DNA from: Methanothermus fervidus DSM 2088
GTDB taxonomy: Archaea; Methanobacteriota; Methanobacteria; DSM-2088; Methanothermaceae
Reading direction: 5' to 3'
Assembly (NCBI GenBank): GCA_000166095.1
Contig: CP002278.1
Location: 1,050,001 to 1,082,000, forward strand
DNA: 32,000 nt
Under the pieces are notes generated by a model, which saw only the letters and a program-made list of their open reading frames with translations, was not told the origin of the DNA and did no database searches. Shown piece by piece: positions 30,201 through 32,000 of the stretch. Made by a program: the position numbers and the translations under genes. Every line of letters starts with the position of its first letter. The first letter of the stretch is position 1.

Positions 30201-30300
30201 GAGCTACTCCTCATAGAAAAAACTTGCCCAAAAACTATCAGTTTTCTCTCAGACATGCGATGGGGATTGTCTCGTCCCCTTTTTAGGATCTGCATGCCGA
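30201..30300 (+). repeat. Intergenic repeat, module E copy 3 (GAGCTACTCCTCATAGAAAAAACTTGCCCAAAAACTAT...TTTTCTCTCAG...)
   Basis: See the module E copies at 18445 and 25605. It contains the hairpin GGGGA-ttgtctcg-TCCCC followed by TTTTT (30262-30284). Confidence 0.7.
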
Positions 30301-30424
30301 TATATAATCTCTTAACTTATTTTTTAATCCTTTTAATGCTCCCAGGTTTAACCTTCTCAACTACCTATCAGTTTTTTTCAGCTTGTAGAAGTCATCTTGT
30401 ATGAAAAAAGTAGCATAAGGAAGT

Positions 30425-30764
30425 ATATATAGTTTTTTCTAAGTGTTATTGCGTTGGAGAAAGAAAGAGTAAAGAAGAATTTGTGTATATTTTTTTAGAA
30501 CAAGTTCTATTTTTGTACTTCATCTATATAAATACTTTTCTTATTTCTTAATCCCCGATAGAGTGGAAATCTGTTTTTTACAAAATCAATTTCAATAAGA
30601 AGAGAGAGAGGTAAATTTCAAGTGTAATAGCTAGAGAGAATTGAGAGAGGTAGTTATAAGTTATAACTTATAAGTTATAAGTGAAATAGAGATAGACTTA
30701 TTAAGTATGTTAAGACAAAACATTTTTATACTGTATCCTGCCTAAAAACAAAATAATCAGTTCG
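30425..30764 (+). repeat. Leader-like repeat, copy C: L1 (30425-30463), inserted promoter module P (30466-30576), core L2 (30582-30705), then about 59 nt of unique AT-rich sequence up to the first CRISPR-like repeat
   Basis: It is collinear with copy B apart from the insertion of module P, which is homologous to 26873-26978. The 20-bp palindrome is at 30654-30673. Confidence 0.85.
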
Positions 30765-30858
30765 GTTTTAAAATAGACTAAATAGTATGGAAATACGAAA
30801 TATTTACAACCATGTGCAAATGAAGCTGGTTTTAAGATAGACTAAATGGTATGGAAAT
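30765..30858 (+). CRISPR. Mini CRISPR-like array of two 30-nt repeats (GTTTTAAAATAGACTAAATAGTATGGAAAT and GTTTTAAGATAGACTAAATGGTATGGAAAT) and one 34-nt spacer (ACGAAATATTTACAACCATGTGCAAATGAAGCTG)
   Basis: The repeats lie at 30765-30794 and 30829-30858 with 2 mismatches and a 64-nt period. A conserved leader-like sequence precedes them. Repeat length, the GTTTTAAAA...AGAC start and the ATGGAAAT end resemble archaeal methanogen CRISPR repeats as I recall them. No cas genes are in the window. Confidence 0.5.
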
Positions 30859-31153
30859 CGAAAAGAGGCTCAAGCAATAGAAATAGAAGTATACCATATT
30901 TTTTCCTGTGTCCATTGTCTAAAAAAAGTCCTGAAAAGGAGCTTGTTGAATTAAAACAGAACGAAAATCCATAATATGTATTTGTATCAGAAAATAATAC
31001 ATGATCTACTGATACTGGTGCACTAACATTTTCTATTATAATAGAAGGTACAATAAAAGTTTCAATTCCAAATTCACGTCCATCAGAAACTCCTTTTCCA
31101 TTTAATCTAATAAAAATAACATGCTCCATCATGGCTTTCATGGTAATAACCAT
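30842..31153 (-). CDS. Hypothetical ORF, probably the frameshifted C-terminal continuation of the 31107..31832 gene
   Basis: It overlaps the upstream ORF by 47 nt in another frame. A 1-nt change in the A6 run (plus-strand T6 at 31153-31158) fuses the two. Its last six codons and stop lie inside CRISPR-like repeat 2. Confidence 0.4.
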   Translation of the reverse strand: MVITMKAMMEHVIFIRLNGKGVSDGREFGIETFIVPSIIIENVSAPVSVDHVLFSDTNTYYGFSFCFNSTSSFSGLFLDNGHRKKYGILLFLLLEPLFDFHTI

Positions 31154-31832
31154 TTTTTAGGCAATTTAACAAAATATTTGTGTTGTTATGTGTTGTATAT
31201 TCCTCATAAGGACATTTTTTGATTAAAAATGGAGAAATTGCATTTTTATAATAAGAAACATTTTTTAATCCTTTTTCAGATAAATATGCTGCCAAAGAAT
31301 CTCCATAATATATTTTAGATTTATCATGATGCAGATTTCCATATTTTCTTAGTTTTATAAAAGGTAACGGGTCTGGTAAACCTTCAATTGAAAATTCTTT
31401 TGTAATGGTCTCTTGATGTTTCACGTTTCCCTCTTCAACATCTAATGAAAAGTTTATATCAATTAAAAAAGGATCATTACTATTTGTTTTCAAATAATTT
31501 ATAATACAATTTGATTTAATACCTTTATTTTCATATTTTTTAGATATTTCGTTTATTTTTGATTCTATTATTTTTTTTGCGCTATCTGAACTATTTGTAT
31601 AGCTGACATTGTTATCAATGACATTATATGCCATATCTTCAATAACTTTCCTTGCAATTATTGGTACATTGTTTTTAATATCATCCACCGTATAAATAAC
31701 ATTTTTAGAGGATTTTTTGTTGAGAATTATTGAATTCTCCATATTTATAAACGAAAAAACAGCTGAAAGTAATAAAATTAAAGGTATTATTAGTAGAAAA
31801 GTCATATTACTTATTATATAACCTCTTTCCAA
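31107..31832 (-). CDS. Hypothetical protein with a class III (prepilin-like) signal sequence
   Basis: The N-terminus MERGYIISNMTFLLIIPLILLLSAVF has a short charged leader, then RG[Y], then a hydrophobic helix, as in archaeal type IV pilin-like proteins. The remainder is Asn/Lys-rich. Confidence 0.55.
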   Translation of the reverse strand: MERGYIISNMTFLLIIPLILLLSAVFSFINMENSIILNKKSSKNVIYTVDDIKNNVPIIARKVIEDMAYNVIDNNVSYTNSSDSAKKIIESKINEISKKYENKGIKSNCIINYLKTNSNDPFLIDINFSLDVEEGNVKHQETITKEFSIEGLPDPLPFIKLRKYGNLHHDKSKIYYGDSLAAYLSEKGLKNVSYYKNAISPFLIKKCPYEEYTTHNNTNILLNCLKNGYYHESHDGACYFY

Positions 31833-31923
31833 ATTTTCACCCCTTTTTTTAAATATTTTAAGTTTTGAAATAATTTTTTATGAAATTATAAATATTTAAA
31901 ATAAAGTAAATAAATTTATAGTT

Positions 31924-32000
31924 ATGAAAATAATTAAATTAGATCCCTATAATCCAAAAACAAAAGTTTTAAATAAAGTCAGGAGAATGTTAGCCGAAGG
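31924..32000 (+). CDS. Sua5/YrdC/YwlC-family (threonylcarbamoyl-AMP synthase-like) protein, N-terminal fragment running off the window
   Basis: MKIIKLDPYNPKTKVLNKVRRMLAEG resembles the usual Sua5/YrdC N-terminus (MKI..id....... ....a...l..GG). Only 25 codons are visible. Confidence 0.4.
   Translation, partial: MKIIKLDPYNPKTKVLNKVRRMLAE

Noticed and set aside
29772-30404. Plus-strand ORFs 29772..30041 and 30102..30404, and the 38-codon N-terminal extension of the dedA ORF (30182..30295)
   Set aside because: They are antisense to dedA or run through repeat module E. dedA has a much better internal start with a GGTGA-type ribosome-binding site at 30181.
30765-30858. Calling this a functional CRISPR-Cas locus
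   Set aside because: There are only two repeats and no cas genes in the window, so it is reported only as a CRISPR-like mini-array with moderate confidence.

Overview
The window is AT-rich archaeal DNA that looks like a methanogen, probably Methanobacteriales or Methanococcales. This is inferred from gene content: an archaeal-type SAM synthetase, a CobN paralogue, an NrpR-type operator, archaeal TATA boxes and GGAGG/GGTGA ribosome-binding sites. Bases 1-18.4 kb are ordinary housekeeping genes. They comprise a ferredoxin-fused glutamate synthase FMN domain, a PEP-utilizing enzyme, htpX, an S26 peptidase, aroD, an amt-glnK-glnA nitrogen cluster, an APC permease, a FIST protein, SAM synthetase, ileS, purL and a polyprenol/dolichol-kinase-like gene. 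Bases 18.4-30.9 kb look accessory. Short gene cassettes are separated by a modular family of intergenic repeats: a secreted 1603-aa CobN-like protein; cbiB plus a CYTH gene; an orphan ATPase proteolipid; a TauE permease; a KaiC-like ATPase plus an HTH/coiled-coil protein; and a dedA plus membrane-protein operon. One repeat module is a 30-nt unit that looks like a CRISPR repeat. It occurs four times: once as a two-repeat, one-spacer mini-array behind a conserved leader-like sequence, and twice in inverted orientation in the 5' UTRs of two divergent operons. No cas genes, tRNAs or rRNAs are visible. Three genes are split by frameshifts: amt, the dolichol-kinase-like gene at a T8 run, and a pilin-like gene at an A6 run. 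These may be real pseudogenes or assembly errors. All calls rest on reading the sequence and ORF translations; no searches were run.
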